IMG/VR virus record: IMGVR_UViG_3300025401_000012
Direction: 5' to 3' (one strand)
Source of the DNA: a virus
Taxonomy: Duplodnaviria > Caudoviricetes
DNA: 64,000 nucleotides
How positions within the stretch are numbered: position 1 is the stretch's first letter; every line of letters starts with the position of its first letter. The notes beneath the pieces are model-generated. The model worked only from the letters and a program-made list of their open reading frames with translations, did not search any database and was not told the origin of the DNA. A program made the position numbers and the translations under genes. Below, piece by piece: positions 36,401 to 41,989 of the stretch.

Positions 36401-38716
36401 TCCGCTACCACCGTTTAGGTATGTTGCATTTGTATACTGAACTACACTAGATTGATACAGCGTAGTACTACCAGAACCAAGTAAGGTGTTGTTAATAATG
36501 TTTTGTGCTAGGGTATTTAAATATCCAACCGCAGCTGCGCAGACAGGTTGTTCGCTAGAGTTTAAATGTAGTGTAGCATTGTAGCGGTAACGATTTGCTG
36601 CATAAACGCTTTGACTGTTACCTCCATACATTAAATCGTATACTAAACTCCAAACAATATACTTTATATCGCGTTGTGATAACGATGTACTATAGCTTAC
36701 ATTTGGATAATTTGCTGTGATATACGCTGTTATTTCAGCTTGTATGAAAGGAATATTATTAATTAATAAATTTTGAGCACTTACCTGACCAGTAGTTGTT
36801 GTAGCAATTGATGGGAAAGTAGGATTTGGTATATTGCCAGACTGAATAATATTAATAATCGATGTTATTGTGTTGGCAATAAATGTTGAAGTAGTTGGAG
36901 CAGTTGTAATGTTAGAATTCCAACTGGCTGAACTTGTAATTACACTTGATAAATTAGTCAATGCTCCGACAATTTCAGTTGTAGTTAGTCCTGTATTAGC
37001 ATACGAAAATGCCAAAGCTGCTTGAATACTTTGGTAATTTGATAAGAATACTACATCAGATGCAACAGCATCTATAACTGAACCAATGTATGTTTGTGTA
37101 TTGGTTATGCTATAAGAATAAGTTGCCAGTTGCGCCTGAGCATAACCGATAGCATCAACTAGTTGAATATAATAATTTGAAATAATGTCTGAATTATTAT
37201 TGTTTAATAATAAACTAGCCTGGGTAATACTATTGTAGTTTGATAAAGGAGCAACCGATCCATTAGAAAATACTAGATCGTTTCCAATACTGGTTAAAAT
37301 ATTATCAATAATACCGGCCCAACGTGCTTGACTAAATGTAAATTGATTTACATATTTTCTGTTTAGATAAGCAATAGTTTCAGCTTGAATGAATGATCTA
37401 TTAGCTTGTAATAATGCTGTAGCATCCATGTATCCTTGGATGCCACTATTTCCTCCCACTAGTGTTACACTTTGAACTGTACTTTTATATTGGGTTGGAG
37501 ATATTGTATAAACAATAGTTTGACGATACGGTCCGGGTTCTATTGAAGATAAATTTATTAAATTGTCAGCTTGTAATGCAGCAGCACCTACAGTTTTGTA
37601 GGCATATTGCCAAGCACGACCTTGTCTTCCACTAGGTGTATTTCTTTGTAAATCATCACCTTTTGTTGCACTAACATATAAATTAACACCGCTATAGTAT
37701 GTGTTGCTATCAACATAATATTTTGTAGCAGCTTGTAAATCGGTTGAAGAATTAACAATACCTTTACCGTTTAGCGGTGCAGGGTGATCGTTAAGAGTCA
37801 ACGTGCCAGACATGGTATCGCCATCGCGACGAACTGCATGACGGCGTTGTATCGCTTCAGTAGCTACATAATTTCCTTGTAATGTTGCATCGTAATCTGA
37901 ATCACTGGTTTGTGGTGTAGTAGGTTCATTTCGAACTTTTAATGCCCCAATAACACTACCAGTTGCTGGATTAATTGGTAAAAAGTTACTGTTGGCATAG
38001 CCAACAGTAACTGGCATTTGATTTAGTGTAGTAGTTAAGCTAGGATTTACTGAGCCATAAAACGCATTAAATTGTGCTACTAGTGCTGGACTAGGATCAG
38101 ACAAACGCCCAATAGTAAAATTTGCCGCATTTAAAAAATTTCCTAATGTCGGACTAGAATCGCTCTGAAGTGTGCCGGCTGTTGAACTAATAGTTAACGT
38201 ACTATTATTTGAATTATTGATGGTAATATTTGTGCCAGCCACTAGTGTTCTTGCAGATAATGCACTACCACTAGTATTTGCCATAATAATTTGATTAGCA
38301 CTATAAGCTGTACTTGCCACAGCACCTAATGTCGTAGCTGTACCAGTGGTACTATTGATTACAGTAATAGTAGTAGATGATGCTGCTGTAATTAAATAGT
38401 TTCCATTATAACCAGATGGCGAACAACCGCTAATAGTAATATTTTGTCCTGTAGTAAATGGACTTAATAATACATTTGGATTAGAAAATGTTATAGTTGT
38501 AGAACCAGTAGACGGACTACCAGCAACAATATTTGTAATACTAAAACTTGCCGTACCAGGTGCGTCTGCTAAGTTACTAAATTTAATTTGACCGCCAGCA
38601 CCAAATACAGCATACAGCTCTGTAAAGTTATTATTGATTTTGGTAAAACTATCGCGAATACTATCGCCTGTACCGTCATTACCTTGTACACCTACGTTAA
38701 CTAATTGTTGTGACAT
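24431..38716 (-). CDS. Giant (4761-aa) tail fibre/adhesin with gp10-like N-terminus, interrupted beta-helix scaffold, many inserted repeats and C-terminal chaperone-like domain
   Basis: Uninterrupted 14.3-kb ORF; VNVGVQGNDGTGDSIRDSFTKINNNF start; Thr/Ser/Gly-rich; ends DLAEWY...GRVPCKV...GKAL...IEVAVG. Confidence 0.8.
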   Translation of the reverse strand: MSQQLVNVGVQGNDGTGDSIRDSFTKINNNFTELYAVFGAGGQIKFSNLADAPGTASFSITNIVAGSPSTGSTTITFSNPNVLLSPFTTGQNITISGCSPSGYNGNYLITAASSTTITVINSTTGTATTLGAVASTAYSANQIIMANTSGSALSARTLVAGTNITINNSNNSTLTISSTAGTLQSDSSPTLGNFLNAANFTIGRLSDPSPALVAQFNAFYGSVNPSLTTTLNQMPVTVGYANSNFLPINPATGSVIGALKVRNEPTTPQTSDSDYDATLQGNYVATEAIQRRHAVRRDGDTMSGTLTLNDHPAPLNGKGIVNSSTDLQAATKYYVDSNTYYSGVNLYVSATKGDDLQRNTPSGRQGRAWQYAYKTVGAAALQADNLINLSSIEPGPYRQTIVYTISPTQYKSTVQSVTLVGGNSGIQGYMDATALLQANRSFIQAETIAYLNRKYVNQFTFSQARWAGIIDNILTSIGNDLVFSNGSVAPLSNYNSITQASLLLNNNNSDIISNYYIQLVDAIGYAQAQLATYSYSITNTQTYIGSVIDAVASDVVFLSNYQSIQAALAFSYANTGLTTTEIVGALTNLSSVITSSASWNSNITTAPTTSTFIANTITSIINIIQSGNIPNPTFPSIATTTTGQVSAQNLLINNIPFIQAEITAYITANYPNVSYSTSLSQRDIKYIVWSLVYDLMYGGNSQSVYAANRYRYNATLHLNSSEQPVCAAAVGYLNTLAQNIINNTLLGSGSTTLYQSSVVQYTNATYLNGGSGFINGGATTISSSIAANIATIQHVIDGTNTSPTATAPTYSNGNSILQSIRSILTSQKVGDTFTGSIATNTLTISGSVTGSVPFGIGDTISGAGVIDGTIITGGSGLSWTVNNALNLSLVPMTTGLVQGAINYINATYSIINDTTTNTIITNLFSSITNLLNVGVPNRTVPTFVNPTGLPSANSQAQSALLANILFLQNEFTSWIAVNYSTTTIDVISTKRALGYIIEALAYDLTYGGNTASSAVAQTFIASANAIGAGLNSLYVAALTQISTTIGTVLSNSPASASLGNYLSVTGVTVSTPSTGYVQLNFASQTSAPFTIGQQITVQGLTPSSLNSTTGTSFTVTGVGTNYVQYANTTNSTVGFVSGQGQITTQVQYSGWSSASGVTTGTQATNYQTTTSLLGEIITIVGATTVTTSTTNNITTISTVTTTGGGSNTVNYTLTNPLISNSVYNSTYINARTLINNNYITVGTATTTYLANKYTGGFNYNQATCSRDIGLIVDAMVIDMRVNGTYQSINAGRAYYKNASAQGIAIGTQYTETIDGLTFAFGDGSGSNVGLVYQVLNQTTNVQRYQTLVTQQTNATLSTNYNPTTPAINTYTSQWYIAYSIITTGLGAAPAITTSTYGTGYYSITFNNGGNGYVDQGTPGDVHIIPGKILIGNSSNALGQIISYTPGKQPLSTVPYDTINMYLTQPGFFQVGEYLDYGETVSNLNITIFVESGIYYEDYPIKIPANVTISGDDFRRTIIRPLNRISQSPWRNVFFYRDGVIDALQVGPINYAGTDYAQLSATALTIGATSGTFTASLGNGVQAISTWPGLVLTEAVYQVTSASINTSTNVATLTFQTIQGNLMPSSPYIVGQNINIEGMTPASYNGVYAINTINVTGAGTSGGTATITVYNYSTTINATSYGNIVAGKAVINTVSGNVINCTTIYPFTATQTYAANSWHLFGTINYGRHYLSNPLDINSTPLNNQNMDVFLCNDATRIKLLTMQGHGGFAMVLDPTGQIKTKSPYGQESAVFSASINAQAFRGGQFVDGFTGRLFGNIIGIASANGTAGLSVTIQGTVNSGLDVRPPQTPCAFYLQGFRYQVNNVTSYNANATITTAAYVSGGAIGAKTLTIASNLLVLVGQVISGTGIPTGTYIKSISGTTLTLSAALTTQAAGTYTFYAPQVTVTLDVSTPFNPAVIYSSAAFASNLGNIVDAIAYDNVFGSNYQSVKQGLIYLAPQNAVTTTAELFVIQGLNYANSLINTLSLQSTTLTTVASSLANITNIIANGTVSVPTLVYPDPVGVTSTVSQARKNITLNKNFLQSEISAWIANNYVTTSLSNYTATKSQRDAGYIIDAISYDLLYGGNSSIYDIAQTFYTSNYNGTSQLGTNAQVCIAAYIRLNTVIQQVIQNQVVTPSNGNLLTQNLTTYTAATETLSSVVIGSSGTFTFATAPRTLVVGLAVTISGTNTGSGSVANGTYYITTCTQTSFTLSSYSGGAAISTTAGTPVGLTFAFSVEALAISTLFNTLIDYVADGAFNDTVAATITAGSTTITNLSYSPYLTNGVTVTGTGIPASTTLSNINFSTGTATLSNAATATSASTGGSNQDGTILLTVGSPAVTRTPPVITAQTTSAITDFYTLSNNKIASVTATYSSGGASGASSFTISNSANTTLSNVQATGLAGTFTCNSAKLVLGNTVTVTGSAGGTGSISGYTTGNIYYIISVTGTTGFTLSTTLNGSPITTTIGTLTMTFTETGSVSGILPGMIVTGTGVPAGTAVANTYVPTSSTIQLVSASTGLPVTLTAQAAGTYTFGTSTIDIEDAAVNYINAGANIGINIEMGGNKSMLSNDFTMVNDLGYGLLVTNGGAAEAVSMFTYYNYVSYWALNGGQIRSVAGSSSYGVYGLRSSGSDVTELPNAVNLANDMVQTARIYKEGIFASSQTTATSLNLTVYIINYEYPPEPTSELEIDHTASGGVITRYLINTVSHTTVYVNGQNVLSLALSTSGTNSTTTTGLAYPLYDGQLVTIRVLQNIKFYNITNVKPVRPSTALQYSTNLGSIYRIISYGLTESTGEQLPANTSVLTTDSSFAYISFNHDTSSIQNADLVNYAAKGFVAINGSGNNTSSTTLTVNQVNGTIIAGQILGGIGFTNQTVSTVVTNTAVTTGSTISNTGVFTVGTLGSGTVAIGMVLTGTNVTGTVYIISNISGSGSGSTWQTNTTSAATSGAITGTSYTVTLSGVPTLTPYGPVVFSTQSQGSKLGDSKIAVLASSVSTTINQINQGTYLTGWGGKVFRVLSYTQSNIPASGLFNQALSTTASSTGIIGNGLASASIGNIFTPLSTITGSFTVGMGLTGSGITNSTYITAVNSAVFIGTISTTTLTISSVTSGTISIGMAITGTGVTAGTYIVSGSGTSWTLNQSATGTPTTGTSYTVNIGQLVTSNTFTGYSTTIYLTAVAGTITNNSLITGAGFNGTQSIVSFTQPTLSTAQIVLNVAPSGVPSGTLTIGTATNAFLTIDPNSVYNLSSIGTGVSAMTFASQTLQPNSTSSKFVTYNIPYNANAILPPVDSYITIANQANTNYNGTYQVVGITNKTQITTSSTSSLTTGMVVSSINTSITITGITASTPGVGYFTVTYGTQTSAPFSINSVIVIAGVTGTTAYNGTYTVYSLVSGTGLTGVVIASTTTGSATVTGATISNPFSYVPSGTIVQSIDSSTQFTVSPACWVQYGSVVSSQLLGTVASVTITNGGSGYTSPPTITFSGGGVTSPAQQAIAVCTISGGSISAVTVVSPGFGYTSTPTITLSSVLGGAILTPVITVPTAVSVSANAGVNTIQAQLLYSTDPGTSGNATAVATTTATMSSSSINSSGVLSIGSVSGTVTNGMILTGAGIAQETSLSVASVSTNTGTVTFTVITSLTTPYAVGQLITVTGMVPTGYNGTYPVTASSTTTFSSTSGFISGNTLSLTGTITNSSNISIGSVVTSANITAGTYITGINTATFTSTISSTTLTIATISAGTISVGMVLSGGTVTAGTYISAFLGGTGGTGTYTLNQSATGTPTTGTSYTVNTSQSAASASVSGTTTIVSYTNSTTGALSTPGTVNSNIYTYITSGSGSTWQTATNIGTNYTVSSTTITGTDNLITLSTVNNISIGNQITFTTPSGGTALGNLVTGTTYYITNVNSSTKQITVSATPGGNSFTTGTVGTGLMTFYCPGYTYGSSITSTGFVSKTYNSGNNNYSIVLSFLTTTAPTTNAWFYVAGNSNSLYNGYFQCSSSSTTSITLTYPYDPGIYGTTYTTTTTITPEVTSASSTALGLSKPFSLTTSSTLRLGYPAASSGQITVKISTTRATGHDFLNIGTGGYNTSNYPTQIYGNPAIAEISSQQILEETTGRVFYVTTDENGIFRVGRFFTVDQGTGTVTFSASIALSNLDGLGFKKGVVVSSFSTDGTMAENASDVIPVQSAIRSYIDSRLGLTHNGSLTPLVNLIGPGFLALDGSLSMKGNINAAGFTVSNLATPVYTTDAANKVYVDGKVTLFNALSKLSDVLIASPIQNNLLAYNGTTWVNASTGGASNITITYVGTNIVATINSSTITNSMISSSAAIAQSKLSLNVAKGLATGTSGSGTAGAIVQADLGLSVYNNNVFNVSATGFVDLLTSSSSTTGVPLTAITQIATGTLLGNRSGSATSPTTVTPAQVVSDAGGIVNTSFNSSGIMTITYNGVSTAGNTYSVTPVSVSNAVSSIVKSGADKSVDVGSLKVSTYTALTVSGTTLNFSTPGASTGTTYFMTSTGTTTSNTVTTMYGAVDHTNGTLLAKNLFTNSTDNTVKGSIQGNWQVQSGSYIDLYTYGGTLLSSTLTTGSGTNAGTITGTWTLSGTGTQLQATYSDLAEWYTADAEYEPGTVLVFGGDAETTTTTTINDTRCAGIVTTDPAYTMNSQLKGTRACLALAGRVPCKVVGRVKKGDILTTSATPGYAVRAATPTLGAIVGKALEDKDYGEAGVIEVAVGRA

Positions 38717-38719
38717 ATA

Positions 38720-39043
38720 TTAAACTCCGAAGCTGCTACCACAGCCGCATGTTGTTGTTGCATTAGGGTTTTTGATACTAAAACTACTACCCATTAAATC
38801 TTCTTTATAATCTATTTCTGCACCTGTGAGGTATTGCATGCTCATGCTGTCTACAAGTACTTTATATTGGTCTAACGGGATTTCAAAATCATCCTCGTTC
38901 ATTTCTTCGTCAAATGTAAAACCGTAGCTGAAGCCACTACAGCCTCCACCTTGTACAAATGTACGTAATGCTAATTTAGGATTGTTTTCTTCAAGGAGTA
39001 AATCCTTGATTTTTGCTTTTGCTGATTCAGAGATTGTGATCAT
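38720..39043 (-). CDS. erpA: A-type Fe-S cluster carrier (ErpA/IscA/HesB family)
   Basis: GGCSGFSY and [14 protein letters not shown] motifs; start moved to ATG 39043 ([16 protein letters not shown]). Confidence 0.9.
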   Translation of the reverse strand: MITISESAKAKIKDLLLEENNPKLALRTFVQGGGCSGFSYGFTFDEEMNEDDFEIPLDQYKVLVDSMSMQYLTGAEIDYKEDLMGSSFSIKNPNATTTCGCGSSFGV

Positions 39044-39060
39044 GATTGCCCTCGATATGT

Positions 39061-39068
39061 TATTTATC
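39061..39068 (-). promoter_or_regulatory. T4-like late promoter (GATAAATA) for the erpA-giant fibre unit
   Basis: 17 nt upstream of ATG 39043. Confidence 0.6.
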
Positions 39069-39102
39069 AAAGGCTTTTTATAATCTTAATGTAAATTAAA
39101 TG

Positions 39103-39108
39103 TAAATA
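39103..39108 (+). promoter_or_regulatory. T4-like late promoter core (TAAATA), probably giving a leaderless transcript
   Basis: GTAAATA only 5 nt before ATG 39114; no SD. Confidence 0.55.
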
Positions 39109-39113
39109 CTAGC

Positions 39114-39401
39114 ATGTACTTGAGCATAGAATATCAACAAACACAGCACATACGTGTGAGCAAACGCGGTAACTATCATAGTTATTTTCGTAAAAAACGT
39201 ATTGTGATTTTTAGTTGCGATTGTTGTCAGGGAATTTTTAAACGAGACAAAGGAGACATAGATCCTAAACGTTTAGATAATAACTATTATCATGTATGCG
39301 GCAACTGCGATGCTAAAAAGTTTGCCCAAGAAAAAGGCGTAGAAGCACGTAAAGTTTGGGATATGCCAGTTAGCAGTCTTAAGACGCTAGACCAATTCTA
39401 G
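39114..39401 (+). CDS. Small Zn-ribbon-like protein
   Basis: CDCC...CGNC pairs; 95 aa. Confidence 0.7.
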   Translation: MYLSIEYQQTQHIRVSKRGNYHSYFRKKRIVIFSCDCCQGIFKRDKGDIDPKRLDNNYYHVCGNCDAKKFAQEKGVEARKVWDMPVSSLKTLDQF

Positions 39402-39939
39402 AACTAATAACGTTCCAGTTGATAATTTTCCATTGATTAGATAGATACTTTTTCTTTTCACTTTGATAGTCTAATGCCCACGCATGTTCCCACCAGTCAA
39501 CTATTAAAACAATATCCATCTTAATTTCGTGGTTCTTGATAGTTTTAATTTTACCATCTCGAGCTAGGTATACCCAACCACTACCTTGTATTTTCATTGC
39601 TTCTTTTTCAAAATCAGCTGTAAATTTGTCAAATGTTTTAAAATGTTTAGTTATAAACTCGCCAGCAGAACCGTCTGGATCATTACTTCTTGCAGGTTCT
39701 TGATATTGAGTAAACAATAAATCGTGTAAAAATGCACCTGCTTCATTAAAATCAGCATCGCCTTCGCCGTTATTAAACCGATCAACATATCCTTTGTATA
39801 ATTTTCCATAATGGTAGTTGATAGTATCCTCACTGATACTAGGTTCTAACGCATCGCGTTTGTAAGGCAATTTAGTTTGTTCTAAAGTTTTAGGAGTTTT
39901 TCCTTCATTTAGGCTAACATAACGAATAAAATTATACAT
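39379..39939 (-). CDS. sod: Fe/Mn superoxide dismutase-like protein
   Basis: LPYKRDALEP, INYHYGK, FLHD and DWWEHAW supply the H/H/D/H ligands; GSGWVYL. Confidence 0.85.
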   Translation of the reverse strand: MYNFIRYVSLNEGKTPKTLEQTKLPYKRDALEPSISEDTINYHYGKLYKGYVDRFNNGEGDADFNEAGAFLHDLLFTQYQEPARSNDPDGSAGEFITKHFKTFDKFTADFEKEAMKIQGSGWVYLARDGKIKTIKNHEIKMDIVLIVDWWEHAWALDYQSEKKKYLSNQWKIINWNVISSRIGLAS

Positions 39940-39946
39940 AGTGTAA

Positions 39947-39964
39947 TATTTAGCGATATAAATA
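39947..39964. promoter_or_regulatory. Back-to-back late promoters: CTAAATA (minus, 39947-39952) and TATAAATA (plus, 39957-39964)
   Basis: Both lie in the 44-nt divergent gap; the plus copy is the exact T4 consensus. Confidence 0.65.
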
Positions 39965-39983
39965 ACATGGAGGATAATATACC

Positions 39984-40238
39984 ATGTTAAAATTTATCAA
40001 AAGTTTCTTTAAAAAGCAAGAAGCATCTGTTGCTGAATATAAAGTAGAAGCACCAGCACCAGTTGTTGACGTTGCACCAGTTCCAGCCGGCACACCGCTA
40101 GTAAACGATGCTGGTGTAGTTGTTGCTATTGCTGATGGAAAACCTGCTAAAGGCCCTAAGGTTAAGAAAGAGCCAGCGGCTAAAAAAGCATCAGCTGTTA
40201 AGAAACCACGTAAGCCTAAAACGCCTAAAGCAGAGTAA
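39984..40238 (+). CDS. Small Lys/Ala/Pro-rich protein (histone-like tail)
   Basis: GGAGG RBS, TATAAATA promoter, KKEPAAKKASAVKKPRKPK tail. Confidence 0.75.
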   Translation: MLKFIKSFFKKQEASVAEYKVEAPAPVVDVAPVPAGTPLVNDAGVVVAIADGKPAKGPKVKKEPAAKKASAVKKPRKPKTPKAE

Positions 40239-41250
40239 GTTCTTTAGCCTGCTCGTAAAGCGCAAAGCTGGCTAGATTCTTGCCCTTGCTTTCGCACATG
40301 ATATCGTGCGTACCTAAAAAGCTCAATGCCCATTCATTCGTTGCTGTGTTCCAGTAAAAGTCTGAATGTGCTCTGAGCTTTTGCTTTTTGTAGCCTTCTA
40401 GAATAAGCTGGGCATGAACAGGTGCGGTAGACTGGTCGTGGTCGATAAGATAATCCTCACGACTAACTGAATAGTGACAAGTAGGCCGCATACCACGCCA
40501 GCTATCAACAACCCTCTTAACACGGTCATCGTTGGCGTTAATGTACTCTCCCTCTCGGATCCAATGATGATGTATATCGAGGACAATAGGAACAACATCA
40601 CTAATAGTAAGACAATCATTTAACCCCCATGAGTTTTCTTCGTTCTCAATTGTAATACAGTTGCGGGCCTCGGGTGTGAGTAACTTGTAGGCACGTCTAA
40701 TACCTTCGGGACCTTGTTTACCCGAGATGTGTACGTTGATTTTGAAATCCTGGAAGGATTTACCATAGCCCATGTAACGTGCCATATCTGCATGATATTC
40801 AAACTCGGCTATCGAACGCTCGACAATGCCAGGGTTATCACTTGCCAGAACTGTAAACTGACCAGGATGCATAGACAAGCGAATATTACTATTGCGAGCA
40901 ATGTCGCCCACTCGCGCAAAGTGCTTTTCGCAGTATGATACAACGTCAGGTTTACGCCAATAATCAGCAAAGTCAGCGTGAGTATAAGCAGGGAGAATGT
41001 CACTGCTAATCCTAACCATCCTAAGAGGAGCATCAAGGGTGCTGACACGTTCGACTAGTTTCCTTGTTGATTCGATATTGCCTACCATTAGGTCCCATAG
41101 TTTCTGCTCCGCGACATCTCTTGATTGTTTATTTAACCAAGAAATAGTAGTTGTACCTGTATTATACTGTTTGGCATCGTCATCTTTGCCAATACCATTG
41201 ACCTGATGAGGATGGTCAATCCATTTACATGCGAAGCCTATACGTTTCAT
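40225..41250 (-). CDS. uvsE: UV damage endonuclease UvsE/UVDE
   Basis: RISS, RLSMHPGQF, INVHISG, ITIEN, VLDIHHH and HSD motifs; start moved to ATG 41250 (MKRIGFACK, TAATG overlap). Confidence 0.9.
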   Translation of the reverse strand: MKRIGFACKWIDHPHQVNGIGKDDDAKQYNTGTTTISWLNKQSRDVAEQKLWDLMVGNIESTRKLVERVSTLDAPLRMVRISSDILPAYTHADFADYWRKPDVVSYCEKHFARVGDIARNSNIRLSMHPGQFTVLASDNPGIVERSIAEFEYHADMARYMGYGKSFQDFKINVHISGKQGPEGIRRAYKLLTPEARNCITIENEENSWGLNDCLTISDVVPIVLDIHHHWIREGEYINANDDRVKRVVDSWRGMRPTCHYSVSREDYLIDHDQSTAPVHAQLILEGYKKQKLRAHSDFYWNTATNEWALSFLGTHDIMCESKGKNLASFALYEQAKELTLL

Positions 41251-41450
41251 TACCAATGCCTTATGACGCCTGCGATTATAAAAGTGTTTGTAAGTACATA
41301 TGATAACACAATTAAGGTACGAATGCAAGCAATTCGGTCCGATTCCTTGTCCGTGTTGCCTGCTTTCTCACCTAATGCTTTGGCCCAAAGGCGCCAAAAA
41401 TACTTAACCTTCGTACGTAGCCGAATTAGCACCGTGTTCAAATACTTCAA
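41250..41450 (-). CDS. Small membrane protein (WRLWAKALGEK family); start uncertain
   Basis: One C-terminal hydrophobic segment; TAATG-coupled to uvsE. TTG start overlaps the queD end; GTG near 41432 is an alternative. Confidence 0.5.
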   Translation of the reverse strand: MKYLNTVLIRLRTKVKYFWRLWAKALGEKAGNTDKESDRIACIRTLIVLSYVLTNTFIIAGVIRHW

Positions 41451-41889
41451 CTGATTTAACTCTTACTGTTGGGTTAATTGGGTAGCGTTGATTGCCATTT
41501 ACTAATAAGTCTGCCATTTTGTCATATGCCATTTTGGCAAACATTTCACAGCCTACACCTTCCACAATACGTAAATCGCACAAGCCGCTATCATTGAATC
41601 CACCTTTAATTTCATTTAACTGTTTGAATGTTTCAAGATGGGGATCGTCTTCTGCAATAACTAAAGTGTGATCAAACATATAGTCTGCCCACGCTTTGAA
41701 TTCTTTGAGTCCGCCAAAGTCCATGCACCAGTTTTTGTCATCTAGTGTGTCACATTCAAAGATTAATTTGATGCCAATTGAGTACCCATGTAGCGTTGAG
41801 CAATGACTGTGTGTGGCACGCCATTGTCTAAAACAGCATGAAAGTCCGCGATCATTTCCGTAAGTTTTTGTAGAGTAAAATTTTGCCAT
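41404..41889 (-). CDS. queD: 6-carboxytetrahydropterin synthase / 6-pyruvoyl-tetrahydropterin synthase
   Basis: CSTLHGY, MDFG, FDHT and VEVFE motifs; AGGAG RBS. Confidence 0.85.
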   Translation of the reverse strand: MAKFYSTKTYGNDRGLSCCFRQWRATHSHCSTLHGYSIGIKLIFECDTLDDKNWCMDFGGLKEFKAWADYMFDHTLVIAEDDPHLETFKQLNEIKGGFNDSGLCDLRIVEGVGCEMFAKMAYDKMADLLVNGNQRYPINPTVRVKSVEVFEHGANSATYEG

Positions 41890-41911
41890 TGTTGTCTCCT
41901 AAGATTAGCAA

Positions 41912-41953
41912 TGGCGGCAGAGTTTATATTGCGGGATGACGCCTAGTCCGCAT
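41912..41953 (-). ncRNA. Candidate preQ1-I-like leader RNA (hairpin/pseudoknot) upstream of queD
   Basis: UGCGG-[ACUAGGCGUCAUC]-CCGCA-AUAUAAACUCUGCCGCC: 5-bp P1, 13-nt loop, A-rich tail; begins at the predicted +1. Only a partial match to consensus. Confidence 0.35.
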
Positions 41954-41959
41954 ATAGTA

Positions 41960-41987
41960 ATTATATACTTTTATTGCGTAAAGTCAA
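41960..41987 (-). promoter_or_regulatory. Sigma70-type promoter TTGACT-N16-TATAAT for queD-uvsE
   Basis: -35 at 41982-41987, -10 at 41960-41965. Confidence 0.7.
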
Positions 41988-41989
41988 TG

